This document shows, piece after piece, positions 1 to 10,845 of a stretch of 64,000 nucleotides of DNA. Position numbers and translations under genes: made by a program. Position 1 is the stretch's first letter; each line of letters opens with the position of its first letter. Below the pieces are notes generated by a model that had not been told where the DNA came from, searched no databases, and saw nothing but the letters and a program-made list of their open reading frames with translations. This DNA is from Octopus sinensis (Eukaryota), in assembly GCF_006345805.1 (NCBI RefSeq), contig NC_043010.1, positions 32,240,001 to 32,304,000 on the forward strand, given 5' to 3'.

Positions 1-160
1 GTACAGGTGTGTTTATGCCCCTATAACTTAGCAGTTCCGCAAAAGAGACTAATAGAATAGGTACTAGGCTTAAAAGTGGTCAATTTTCTTGACTAAAAAA
101 CACTTCAAGGTAATGCCCCAACATGGCCACATTCAAATGACTGAAACAAGTAAAAGACAA
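1..160 (+). mobile_element. 3' part of tRNA-derived CORE-type SINE (family B, octopus OR1/OR2-like)
   Basis: Tail ...ataacttagcagttcc..aaaagagactaatagaatag-gtactaggctt...catggccacattcaaatgactgaaacaagtaaaaga recurs at 12815, 18650, 22617 and (minus) 27427. Confidence 0.8.
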
Positions 161-754
161 AAGATAATAAGGCCAGGGGTGATAAGTCAAGAACTTAAGT
201 GACAGATGAAGGTTTTATGCAATAGGCTGACCTCGGAAGAATGACAGACAGATACAGCAATGGGAATCAAAATAGATAGATAAGTAGAGAGGTAGCAGTG
301 TTGTAGGTGTAAAAAGAAAGAGGGTATCACATTAAAGACCTAGAAGTGTTTGGTTAAACAGGCTATAAATATTTAAGTGACTATCTCACCCTCTTTGCTG
401 AACCACTTCCCATTGGCTTTCCTTTATCTCCATACATTTCTCACTCTTCCCACTACATCTGTCTCTCCCTTTCTTGCTCTTGCAACATCCTCATCCACAT
501 GTCATCTCCATTGTTCTTGCAATCTCTATGCACTCACCTTTCCTATTCTTCAGGCCCCACTCCTACTTACCATTATGTCACTTGAAGGGCCAACCTGAAA
601 CTTCATAACTGCCATCTTCTTCTCTCCAGATTCTCTTCTACTTCTAAAAGCCTGTTCTCACTCCTTCTAGCATACTTTATCCTCTCATCATTTAACATAA
701 AACCGTCCCCCTCTCTACTGTAGTCTCACTTATTCGAAAGAAATCTTAATATTA

Positions 755-960
755 CAAAGCTACATGGTGACCCTATTCGTACTGGTGCCACGAAAAATGC
801 AACTGTTATATTCTGTGGAGTGAGTGGTTGGCAAAACCTTGCCAAAGCAGATACTGGACAACAATGCAGTCCTCTGATCGGTGGAATCTTGAAGTGTTGA
901 ACTCATGTCAGTATGGAAGAAAGATGTTCAAAGGTGACTATGGGGATGATGGTATACAAA
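755..960 (+). mobile_element. Old diverged RTE-LINE 3'UTR-like fragment
   Basis: ggtgccacgaaaaatgca..gtggttggc..catgtcagtatggaa..gatgatgg resembles the GAT-tailed family at 38251 and 44175. Confidence 0.45.
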
Positions 961-973
961 CATATTTATTAAA

Positions 974-1197
974 GGCGGTGACAGAAACGTTAGCACGCCG
1001 GGCGAAATGCATAGCCGTATTTCGTCTGTCGTTACGTTGTGAGTTCAAATTCCACCAAGGTCGACTTTGCCCTTCATCCTTTCGGGGTCGATAAAGTACC
1101 AGTTACGCACTGGGGTCGATGTAATCGACTTAATACCTATGTCTGTCCTTGTTTGTCCCCTCTATGTTTAGCCCCGTGTGGGTAATAAAGAAATAGG
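974..1197 (+). mobile_element. tRNA-derived SINE (family A)
   Basis: tRNA-like head (ggcggtg..gagttcaaattcc), central gtcgactttgcccttcatcctttcggggtcgataaa domain, aaagaaata end; close copy at 43656. Confidence 0.85.
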
Positions 1198-1199
1198 TA

Positions 1200-1349
1200 T
1201 ACAAACACACATATATGTGTGTGAGTGTGAGTGTGTATGTATGTGTGCTTGTTTGTGTGTATGCCTGTCTGCCTGTCTGTCTCTGTATGTATGTTTGTAT
1301 GTATGTATATTTGTATGTATGTATGTTTGCATGTATGTATGTATGCATA

Positions 1350-1398
<49 letters not shown>

Positions 1399-1400
1399 AT
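1200..1400. repeat. Compound (TG)n/(TATG)n microsatellite
   Basis: Directly visible; source of several spurious ORFs. Confidence 0.95.
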
Positions 1401-1716
1401 GAATGTTGCAGTATGGAAGGGTAAAATTGTAATCTTTATGGAAAACATCTTCAATTTTCAATTTTTTGCTTTTAAAATCTGTTCTAATGCTGTAAAATAA
1501 AACTTCTTATCAATTGTTGAATTCATTTATGTTCTGCAAAAATTCAGTGGCCCTTTACAGAGTTTGTACTAAAGATTACTCCCAGTATTTAAATCTTTCA
1601 AGATAATCCATTTGTGTTCAATATTTGAGTTTTATCAGAATATCAAAATTAATCAAATATGACAGCCATTCCATGAGCATAGGCAAGTATCTATCTCTTT
1701 CTCCCTCTCTCTCTCA

Positions 1717-1748
<32 letters not shown>

Positions 1749-2099
1749 GCACACACACACACACACATATATATATATGCATATATATATATATGTGCAC
1801 ATATGTGTGTGCGTGTGTGTATATATAATATGTATATAAATTGTGTTTGATGATGTTTGTTTGTGTATGTATGGGTATCCCATACTCTGACAGAGTACTT
1901 AGCTTTAGAAATTGTTCTCAATCTTAAGCTGTTTCTTTTTGACATAATCCACTAAGCATTCAATATAACAAAATTTTCAAAAACTAAACTGTAATCAAAT
2001 ATAATATCACCATTCTACAGCCTCTGCCTTTGTTCTGAAATATTATATAACAATGCTATGTTATATGGCAGGAATATAGTATATTTACATCTCTTATAC

Positions 2100-2480
2100 T
2101 TTATTTCTTTTTAGTTGTTTCAGTCATTGGACTGCAGCTGTACTGGGACACTGCCTTGAAAAGTTTAGTCAAACAAATCGACCCCAATGCTTATTTTTCT
2201 TTTTAAAGTTTGGAAATGACTATGTAGGTTTCCTTTGTTGAACCTCTAATTCACATGGAAGTAAACAATGCAAGGTGGTTGTCAAGCAGTGGAAGTGTGT
2301 GACACACATACACACAGACGCACACTTACACACACACACAAACACACACATGCACACACAATCCACTCACAAGTCATTGATCAGCCCAGAGCTTTAATAG
2401 AAAACATTTGTCCAAGGTGTTATGCAGTTGGATTGAACCCAAAACAGCATGGTTGCAAATTGAGTTCCTTAACCATATGT
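2100..2480 (-). mobile_element. SINE family B, diverged
   Basis: Reverse complement of family B tail (ttgtttcagtcatt..aaatcgacccc) and head (ttgaaccc..catggttg). Confidence 0.75.
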
Positions 2481-2542
2481 CCATGCCTATGCCAATATAT
2501 ATTGATATAATATATTATTATTCCCATGTGGTTGCGTGATAA

Positions 2543-2695
2543 GTCGTTTTCTTCGTAATTATGTGGTTTTGGGTATTCAGTCCCACTGTATGGCAACTTG
2601 GGCAAATTTCTGCTCAGGCCAGCCAGAGCCTTGTAAGTGGATTTGGTAGATGGAAAGCAAAAGAAGCTTGTAGTATATACATACATACATGCATG
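2543..2695 (+). mobile_element. SINE family B, 5' half
   Basis: ttcagtcccactg..ggcaacttgggcaa..gccttgtaagtggatttggtagatggaaa; head-to-head with the 2100-2480 copy. Confidence 0.75.
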
Positions 2696-2744
2696 GAGGC
2701 ATACATACATACATACATATACACATACATACATATACACATAC

Positions 2745-5250
2745 GCACATAATGAGGAGGACTGCTTCATCGACCTGGGCTGCTGACCATCCCAGTTGAT
2801 GCCAGCTCCTGGCCAGTCCCAAGCAGTCGATTTTTTCGTGGATGCCTACCAGCACGCTATGGACTGGTTTAACTTTTCCAAGCATCCCTGTCATCTGAAT
2901 ATCTCCCCAGCCAAACTCTCGGCCCTTCAATGTCTCTGACATCACACTGACATCAACCAGCCAACAAGGGTGGAGCCATGATGGTGTGGCACATGGACCT
3001 CTACAGGGCAGAAGCTCTCCGCCAACTTCAAAACACCTCCTTTTACTGCTCTCTGCTCTCTGACCCCACGCCCAGCTACCAACAGACTTTTTTCCTTCAC
3101 TATCTATGACTTCATCTCCTCCTCCCGTCTCCCCCACTGCCTCCAACCTCATTGTCCACACCGCTCACACCCCCACAATTTACTTCCTCCCCAGAATCTA
3201 CAAACCTAACAACCCTGACTGCCCCATCGTCTCTGCCTGCAACTGCCCCACTGAACTCATCTCCAGATATCTTGACCATGTCCTTGCCCCCTAGTGAACC
3301 TGTTCATTGGTTATGTTGAAACCCAAATATTCTCAAGTTTCACTGGTCCCATTCCCAAACTATACGGCCGTTATATTGACGACTGTATCAGTACGACCTC
3401 ACTCTCCCATGAACCTCTAGACTCCTTCCTCTCTTTTATCAAATCTTTCCATCCTGCCCTCCACTTCTGCACTGTCTCTGACACCTCTGTCTCCTTTCTT
3501 GACATTTCAGTCAGCATTCATCACTCAACTTTCACCACCTCCATCCACTACAAACACACAGACTCACACTCATACCTCAACTTCTACTCCTCCCACCCTA
3601 AACACACCAAGCTTTCCATCCCCTATTTCCAATTCCTCCATCTACACAGGCTCGACAGTGACAGCCATGACTTTTAGACTCAGTCTCAACTCATGGCTTG
3701 CCACTTCATCCTACATGGATATCCCCTCACCACTATCCACACTGCCCTTGCCAGTGCACGTTCTGTGGACCATGCATCTGCTCTCTACTCCCGCACCCAC
3801 CCCACCATCTTCCATTTCCCCTCACCTACTACCCCACTACCCTACCTCTCCAATGCACCATTCTCCAGTTTGACCCCTCCACTTTGCACATCTTCCCTAA
3901 TTGACCCTCCCCTCCTTCAAATAAGCCCACAACCTACGAAACCTCTTGGTCCACAGCTTCTTCCATAACCCACTTTGTTTTCGTGCTCCTACTCATGCTG
4001 CCACACTTGCCCTTACCTCATCGACACCACCCTCCTCACTGGCAACCATCATTGACCTATCATATCACCGACTCCTTCACCTGCACTCCTGCCAATGTCA
4101 TCTACTGCATCTCCTGCTCTCTCTGCCCTTATCTATACATCGAGCAAACGGGACGCTGCTTGGCTAACTGGTTTACAGAACACCTCCAAGACATCCGACT
4201 TGGCAATTAAACCCCAGTCTCGCACCATTTCCGCTCTACCGGTCACTCTTTGCAACACCTGTCTGTTTGGATTGTTTGCACAGGGGCCATCCAGACTGCC
4301 GTTTGCACTGTGAACAGGAATTAATCTTCTCTCTTGACTCCTCTGCACCACATGAGTCCAACTCTCCTCCCCTCTTCATCTAACCCTCCTCTCCTCTCTC
4401 CCTCTCACACCTACTTCTTCCCTCCCTCCCACCCACCTCTCCTCTCTTGCTCCGACTCCTACTTCTCTTCACTCCTACTCTCTTTCTCTCTTCTCTTCAC
4501 TCCTACCCACCTTCTCCCTTTCCCTCTCCCTTCATCGTCACCCTTCCCTCGTACACCCACCCCTGTACAATCCAACCTCATTTCCCTATCCATCCCATAC
4601 AACCCCACCCCATCCCTTACACCCACTCCCACACACTCCACCTCTACCACCACCCTCAACCTACCCACATACCCCACCTCTACCCCCACCCTCAGCCTAC
4701 CCACATACCCCACCCTCAGCCTAACCCACACCTTCCCCTTGCTTTCCCCACTCTCACCTGCCCCACATCCCAACAGCATCACACCACATCACGCACTACT
4801 ACACCATATACCACCATACCACACAACACCACATCACATCACACCACCATGCACACACAAGCACTGACCACTTCCCAGCCCACACTATCATCCAAACACC
4901 TACATATACACGCACATGTCAAGGTTATCAGCCCTCTTCCACATGCACATACATGCTTTCTTATACACACGCACGCACACCTTCGTTTTGGGATCACCAC
5001 TACTTAATTATCTCTCCCTCTTTCTAGCTCTCCTGCGTGACCCCTCTGTCCAACATTCGCCATGATAGATCACTAGCCACCATACATTCTTCATTCCCTC
5101 TCCTTGTTTCTTTCTGTGTTCGTATCTGTGGAAGAGTGTAGGCTCAAAACATTAAAGACTTTTTCACTTCCCAAACGTTAAACTAATACATCTGTTTGTT
5201 GTCTACACACCTGTCTTCGTCTTTTGTATTTTTTCTTTGAATTCTCCTTA
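2745..5250 (+). mobile_element. Decayed Penelope/Poseidon-type PLE (RT + GIY-YIG) with internal RT deletion
   Basis: ORF pieces TIYFLPRIYKPNNPDCPIVSACNCPTELIS, GRYIDD, SFLDISV, YKHTDSHSYLNFYSSHP and NVIYCISCSLCPYLYIEQTGRCL are PLE RT/EN signatures. RT motifs A and B' are missing at about 3294. pLTR-like end at 5000-5250. Confidence 0.9.
5120..5160 (+). ncRNA. Degenerate minimal hammerhead-like motif in PLE 3' end
   Basis: ctgtgga-a-gagt-gtag-gctc-aaaac: core CUGANGA...GAAAC with substitutions; same motif at 28924. Confidence 0.4.
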
Positions 5251-5289
5251 TACACAGACACACGTACATATATATCTATACATAATACA

Positions 5290-5366
<77 letters not shown>

Positions 5367-5368
<2 letters not shown>

Positions 5369-5606
5369 AAACATTATGGTGAATTGAAGAAATGGAGCTG
5401 AACGCAGATTGAACAGAAATCGTTTTATTTCATTCTACACGTGTTTCGAAAGGCACAAATTACCAAAATCCGATTGAATAATGGGACCATATTGTGTCTT
5501 TCTCTTCAGGAAGAAAAAAGGAAATCCGTTGGAAAAACAAAAACAGAACAGAGGCAGAGCAAAAAACAAATCGAACTGTGCTCCTAAGAGCCCATGGCGA
5601 AACTGT
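5367..5606 (-). repeat. Inverted copy of the element's 3' pLTR segment 8671-8908
   Basis: 240 vs 238 bp; by eye they differ only by three small indels (1, 2 and 1 bp). Confidence 0.95.
5428..5516 (-). ncRNA. Type I hammerhead ribozyme (inverted pLTR copy)
   Basis: Minus strand: tttcttc-CTGAAGA-gaaagacacaa-[loop]-ttgtgcctttc-GAAA-cacgtg-TA-gaatgaaa; stem III palindrome ACACGTGT; GUA cleavage triplet. Confidence 0.8.
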
Positions 5607-8150
5607 AAGATCTTAAATCGAACCGGACAACTGCATCGTCCGAATACGGCCGGCTTTTTAAAACATTGGATACGCCGCCAACCGAACCCAAGACTGAAGA
5701 AGTTTGAGGACGACTTGTGGGACATAGTCAGAAGGATTAAGTTCAGGAAGTCACCCAGGAGAAATGCCCACCTCAGATACCTAGATAAAATACCAAGGAC
5801 ATTAATAGACGGACGGAGTCCTGGTCCAGTCCGACAAGACCAGGAACACATACAAGATGCCCATTAAGCAGTACCTAGATTTACTCGGTAAGAGATCAAG
5901 AAAAATTATAGAAAAACCATTGGAGTACCCTGAGGAAGGTAAACTTGGAAATTAAGGAATAATATTTAAACACCGAATTCAAATGAGAACTCAGCCGCTT
6001 AGCCCCAAGCAACCCAGATTTATAGTGAAGGACCATAAACCTAACTTCCACACCAACCCAGCGCTAAGACTCATATGCCCTGCTAGATCTGATATCGGGA
6101 TAATCAGTAAGTACATTTTAGATAAATATATCCCTGGTTTAGTAAACAAGCTGAAGCTCAGCCTCTGGGCCAACTCCTCGCAGGTAGTGAAGTGGTTCTT
6201 TCCATCCCCAATAAGAACCGTACTAGGTTCATTCAGTTTGATATCGCCAGCTTCTACCCCTCGATTAACCCTAGTGTGCTAAATAAGGCCCTCTGGCATG
6301 CTCACAACAAGGCAGGCCTCACCAGAGAAGAGATAGATATCATTTTAGTTGCCAGGAAATCGTTTATTAAGTTTGATAATAAGCTGGGATCCGTAAGGAT
6401 ACTCCCAATGAATTTGATGTGCCTATGGGTAGTTCGGATAGTGCGCAGATAGCCGATTTGGTCGGAATATATATTCTCTACGAATTGTCCGATCAATTCC
6501 CGGAAATCGCGGGCGGCCTGTATCGTGACGATTGTCTTTTACCTGCAAAACACCACGAACAGAATAGTGCAGAAAACTAAGAGCAGGTTAGCTAGGTTTT
6601 TTAATAGAATGGGCATGAGTATAGTTTTTGATAACGAACTCACCAAGGCTAATTTCCTAGACGTTACACTTAACCTTAATAGCGACTCATACTGCCCTTA
6701 CCATAAGCCTTCCACTAATTTGAAGTATGTCAGTGTCTTCTCAAATCATGCCAAAACCGTAACAGACAATTTGGTTAAAAACATCTCTCTAAGATTGTCT
6801 GGCCTGTCCGCCAGTGCCGATATTTTTATGCAGAAAGCGGATTTTTATAACGCCGCACTATCCAAGGCCGGTTATAGGCAGAAGGTAATTTATATTGATC
6901 CGGCCCTTCCGATGCCATCATTCGGTCATCAGGATAGGGCCGTATATAATAACATTAACATTTTAAGTAAGGACGGGAGCGCGGCGGATACCGGGGTAGT
7001 CGCTCCCGCATTTAATTTAGCGAACAAGGATAATTATCGGTCCGGGAGGTCTTACACTAACCCAAGACCCGTTATTCATCCGAGAATCACCCACCCAAAT
7101 GCGAGAGCTGGCGTCCCGACCCATCACACTGATAGGAATAAGCATATATGGTTTGTAATCCCCTTTGGTAAGCAGATTAGAACTAACCTCCCCCTCATGT
7201 TTAGACAAGCCATCGCCAATAACTTCCCCAGAAATTCCAAATATTACTCCACGGTTAACTCACATAAAGTTAGGATAGCTTTCTCCAACACTAAAAACCT
7301 CGCCCAGATAATCGCCTCCCATAATAATAGGCTACTTACTAAGACCCTATCACCTTTTTCCGGAGGCACAGCCTCTTCCGCTCCCGGCTTAATGCTCAGT
7401 AGGAATAATTATAGTAGTAATAATGATATGAGAGCCAGTACAGTGACACATAATCTCAGCTCCAGCCAGGGAGTACCCACTAGGGGTATAGTTATAAATA
7501 GGGGTGTTGTGGTTGATGGTAACAATGGGAGTAGGGTAGAGAGCCCCTTTAGCATCCCCAGCATCATTTCCCGCAATAGCAGTACCACGGGCAGTAGCAA
7601 TGACAGCACTCTGATAGATAGTGGAGAATCAGGGGTTATTCCTATAGTTAATAGTGACGTAGTGGAAAATAGAGTAGTAAGCGGCTGCAGGTCTCGGAAC
7701 GAATATAGTGACAGGAACGCAGTTCTAATTTCAGAAACCAATCCTAGCAGAGTAAGATTCACGTCGGCGAACTCCAAGATCAAAAACGCCGTCTACCAAT
7801 GCAAGGTTTACACGGACTCAGATGCCTTCACTTATATAGGGGCATCGTCCTCAAGATTGTCTTTGCGTGTCTCCAACCATTACGCAACTTTTCGGGACGT
7901 GAACAAGCGCCAGACCACGGGACTCAGTAAGCTAATATGGCGACTGAAGGATGCGAACTTAAGCTATAGGCTGGAATGGTCAATTTTGTCGGTGGCCCTC
8001 CCATTTGATAGGGGCAGAAGACAGTGCAACCTTTGTGTCTCCGAACTCTTCCATATTTTGTTTGCCAGAGGCCGGATGGTAAACGGGCTCTTACAGTCGG
8101 CTTTTCGATGCCCCCATTGGCGGCGTTACACTTATCTGGCCTTTAAATAG
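5607..8150 (+). pseudogene. PLE reverse transcriptase-GIY-YIG ORF, 5'-truncated, several frameshifts in the 5' third; 541-aa open segment 6525-8150
   Basis: LKKFEDDLWDIVRRIKFR; VLVQSDKTRNTYKM; VKDHKPNFHTNPALRLICP; FIQFDIASFYPSI; FDVPMGSSDSAQIADLVG; GLYRDD (about 6516-6533); NFLDVTLNL; AVYQCKV..TYIG; QCNLCVSE. Confidence 0.9.
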
Positions 8151-8759
8151 CGTTTATAAATAAGACCGGTACCCATAGCCCTTGGTAACAAATTCTGAAA
8201 TAGATTTTAAGATATCTACAATTAACCACTGCAAGGGAAATTACTCCTGTAAGACAAACGGGGCTTGTTTTTTCACAGCGGGGGGTTTCCTTGTCAAGGT
8301 AGGCTTAGATGAACACACACACACACACATAAAACATAAAATATATATATATAATTTCTTTATTTTTTTTCTTTCTGCCACCCAACGGTTATCACGGCAG
8401 TAGCCACTGACAGCCGAACGATCAAACGCACACACGTACACAAAAATGTTTTCTACCCCTACGCCAACACACACATATATAGAACAGTATACACACACAC
8501 ACGTCTCTAAGTAGATTTTTTCTCGCCCCTTATAAAACATCCAATATTCTTTAAATAGTCAGAACTTTATTCTCGGTCACAAAGAACATCTATACACCCT
8601 CACCCACATGTTTGACCGATGCCTGACCTGTTGAATTCTTCAGCCACCGGTTCTCAACATACACTGATAAACAGTTTCGCCATGGCTCTTAGGAGCACAG
8701 TTCGATTTGTTTTTTGCTCTGCCTCTGTTCTGTTTTTGTTTTTCCAACGGATTTCCTTT

Positions 8760-8846
8760 TTTCTTCCTGAAGAGAAAGACACAATATGGTCCCATTATTC
8801 AATCGGATTTTGGTAATTTGTGCCTTTCGAAACGTGTAGAATGAAA
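8760..8846 (+). ncRNA. Type I hammerhead ribozyme in the PLE 3' pLTR
   Basis: Stem I tttcttc(8760-66)/gaatgaaa(8839-46); CTGAAGA 8767-73; 11-bp stem II 8774-84/8818-28 with one mismatch and a 33-nt loop; GAAA 8829-32; short stem III CGTG; predicted cleavage after GUA at 8838. Confidence 0.8.
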
Positions 8847-9065
8847 TAAAACGATTTCTGTTCAATCTGCGTTCAGCTCCATTTCTTCAATTCACCAATA
8901 ATGTTTTAATTTCAATTATCCGCACCAACGCACGGTTGCAACGCCAGATGGTTGTACCTCCAACCGTGCTGTTCACTGCTGTGATTTTTGCTACTAAGGT
9001 ATCGGTTAAACTTTTGATTAATCTACTACAAGATTATTCATCTTTCTATTTCACATAAATTATAT

Positions 9066-9115
<50 letters not shown>

Positions 9116-9289
9116 TACGAACACGTGGATATCATCTTCATCGTTATTTTAACATATACTTTTCCATTGTTGCAAGTGTCTCCATATAAACACGCGTGCT
9201 CACACACACACGTATAAACAGAGCTGTTATATAAGGTATTCACACTTTATTGTAAGTCAGTAAGACAGTCTTCTTTCTTTGTCTCCTCT

Positions 9290-9546
9290 CCATCAACTTG
9301 CCCTTACTTACATCACCTACCTGCCACTTCTCTCCTACACTTCCCTTTCTTTGCTTTTCCTTTCCTCCTTTCTAACTGTCAGCCATTGTATTGCTACATC
9401 ATCATCTTCACCATCACCACAACTGCACCCATCACAACATACACCACAGCAGTACCACTTGCCATTATTGCCAGTCTCCACCATTTCCACACTATCACTT
9501 ACTATTATAACCATTGCTATCATGTTCAGTAATACCGCCACCACTG

Positions 9547-9588
<42 letters not shown>

Positions 9589-10020
9589 CCTCTGCTATCA
9601 CCACCATCATTACCTTTAAAACCACTTTAACCACTCCTAAACACACTCCCACATCATCACTACCAGCATCACCATGGTGATAGTAGCAGTGTACTAAGGA
9701 CACCGCTACTTCCACCATCACCATTTTCATCATCAAGACCACGATCATCACTATTACTGCTTTCAACAACCAGCCTCAAACCATATTCTCCACCATCAGT
9801 AACATCACCTGGAGCCAATACCCCCCATCATAATCACATCTCCAGTAACTCTACCACCACCATTATTATCAACACTATCATCATACCAACATCTCCCCCA
9901 CAACTACATCAACACCAGCAGCAGTACCACCACCACCATCACTATTACCAACACTATCATCGCTAGCATCACCACTACTATCACAAAGACTGCTGCTGCC
10001 ACCTCCATCATCACCGCCTG
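9290..10020. repeat. Degenerate (CAT)n/(CAC)n low-complexity tract
   Basis: Directly visible, including a pure (ATC)n run at about 9548-9588. Confidence 0.9.
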
Positions 10021-10509
10021 TCTCAACAGTTTGCTAGGTTTGACAAGCCTCCTTCACTGGTCCACATCACTTCATTTCTGATTATTACATTTAAGCATGG
10101 TGACAGGCCGATAGAGTGGAGAGACATTACTAATGGAACTTACCTGCCATACCATGTTTTACTTCAACAACAACAACAATATTGCTGCCACTGCTACCGC
10201 CTACCTGTTCTCCCTCTAAACTACCATATCAGCTCTATATTATCAAGTTGCCAGAGTCTGCAAAATTGCTGACCTTTCCCCAGAAGTTGATTAATCAGAA
10301 GTTTGGATTTCATTTCTGGTAATTTCTTTTGTAAATTGTTCTGATGCCTACAGACTAGATAGTTTTAAGTCAGCACCATGTAGTAGGTACAATCCATCTA
10401 GTTCTAAATAGGTACTATGTGCATGCAAGCAGGGCTCCATGGGGAAAACAGTTTAATACTACTGTGTTTCACTTGGGGCAGCTGTTGCAAAAACGAAATA
10501 TATATATAT

Positions 10510-10800
10510 TGAATGGTTTACACCTGGTAGCTTGCTGGTATATTCCATCGTCAGTCTTTCATTTAGCACATACATTACATATATATATATAATTAACTGT
10601 ATTGTGTACCGTTGGCGATTTTTTTCCTCCGTCTTCCCTTCTCTGGATCTTTCCTTTTCCTATGTTTCTGACGAAGGGCTCCGCTCGAAACGTGAAACCC
10701 TCCTTCTTCCCTTCCTTCCTGAGCATCCAATAATACTATATTTGTTCCACGTCCTCACGTTGTTGTGTTTTCTCTTTGTGTTTTCATGTTTGGATTAACT
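10510..10800 (+). mobile_element. Non-coding ~290-bp PLE pLTR-like / retrozyme-like module between (TA)n tracts
   Basis: Flanked by (TA)n at 10499-10509 and 10801-10843; contains a minimal HHR motif; no coding signature. Confidence 0.55.
10664..10698 (+). ncRNA. Minimal type I hammerhead motif
   Basis: gttt-CTGACGA-a-gggc-tcc-gctc-GAAA-cgt-g-aaac; palindromic ACGT stem III; position 17 is G, unfavourable for cleavage. Confidence 0.6.
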
Positions 10801-10807
10801 TATATAT

Positions 10808-10843
<36 letters not shown>

Positions 10844-10845
10844 CA

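Larger units (their letters stand above)
5367..9057 (+). mobile_element. Near-intact Penelope-like retroelement, Hydra-type (C-terminal GIY-YIG), with inverted 5' pLTR, inserted in (TA)n
   Basis: RT-EN coding region about 5607-8150; 5367-5606 is the reverse complement of 8671-8908; (TA)n tracts at about 5290-5366 and 9058-9110 flank it. Clade assignment is from motif recall, not a phylogeny. Confidence 0.88.

Noticed and set aside
5435-5851. 138-aa antisense ORF and the N-terminal part of ORF 5481-5867
   Set aside because: Produced by the junction of the inverted pLTR with the truncated RT ORF; not an independent gene.
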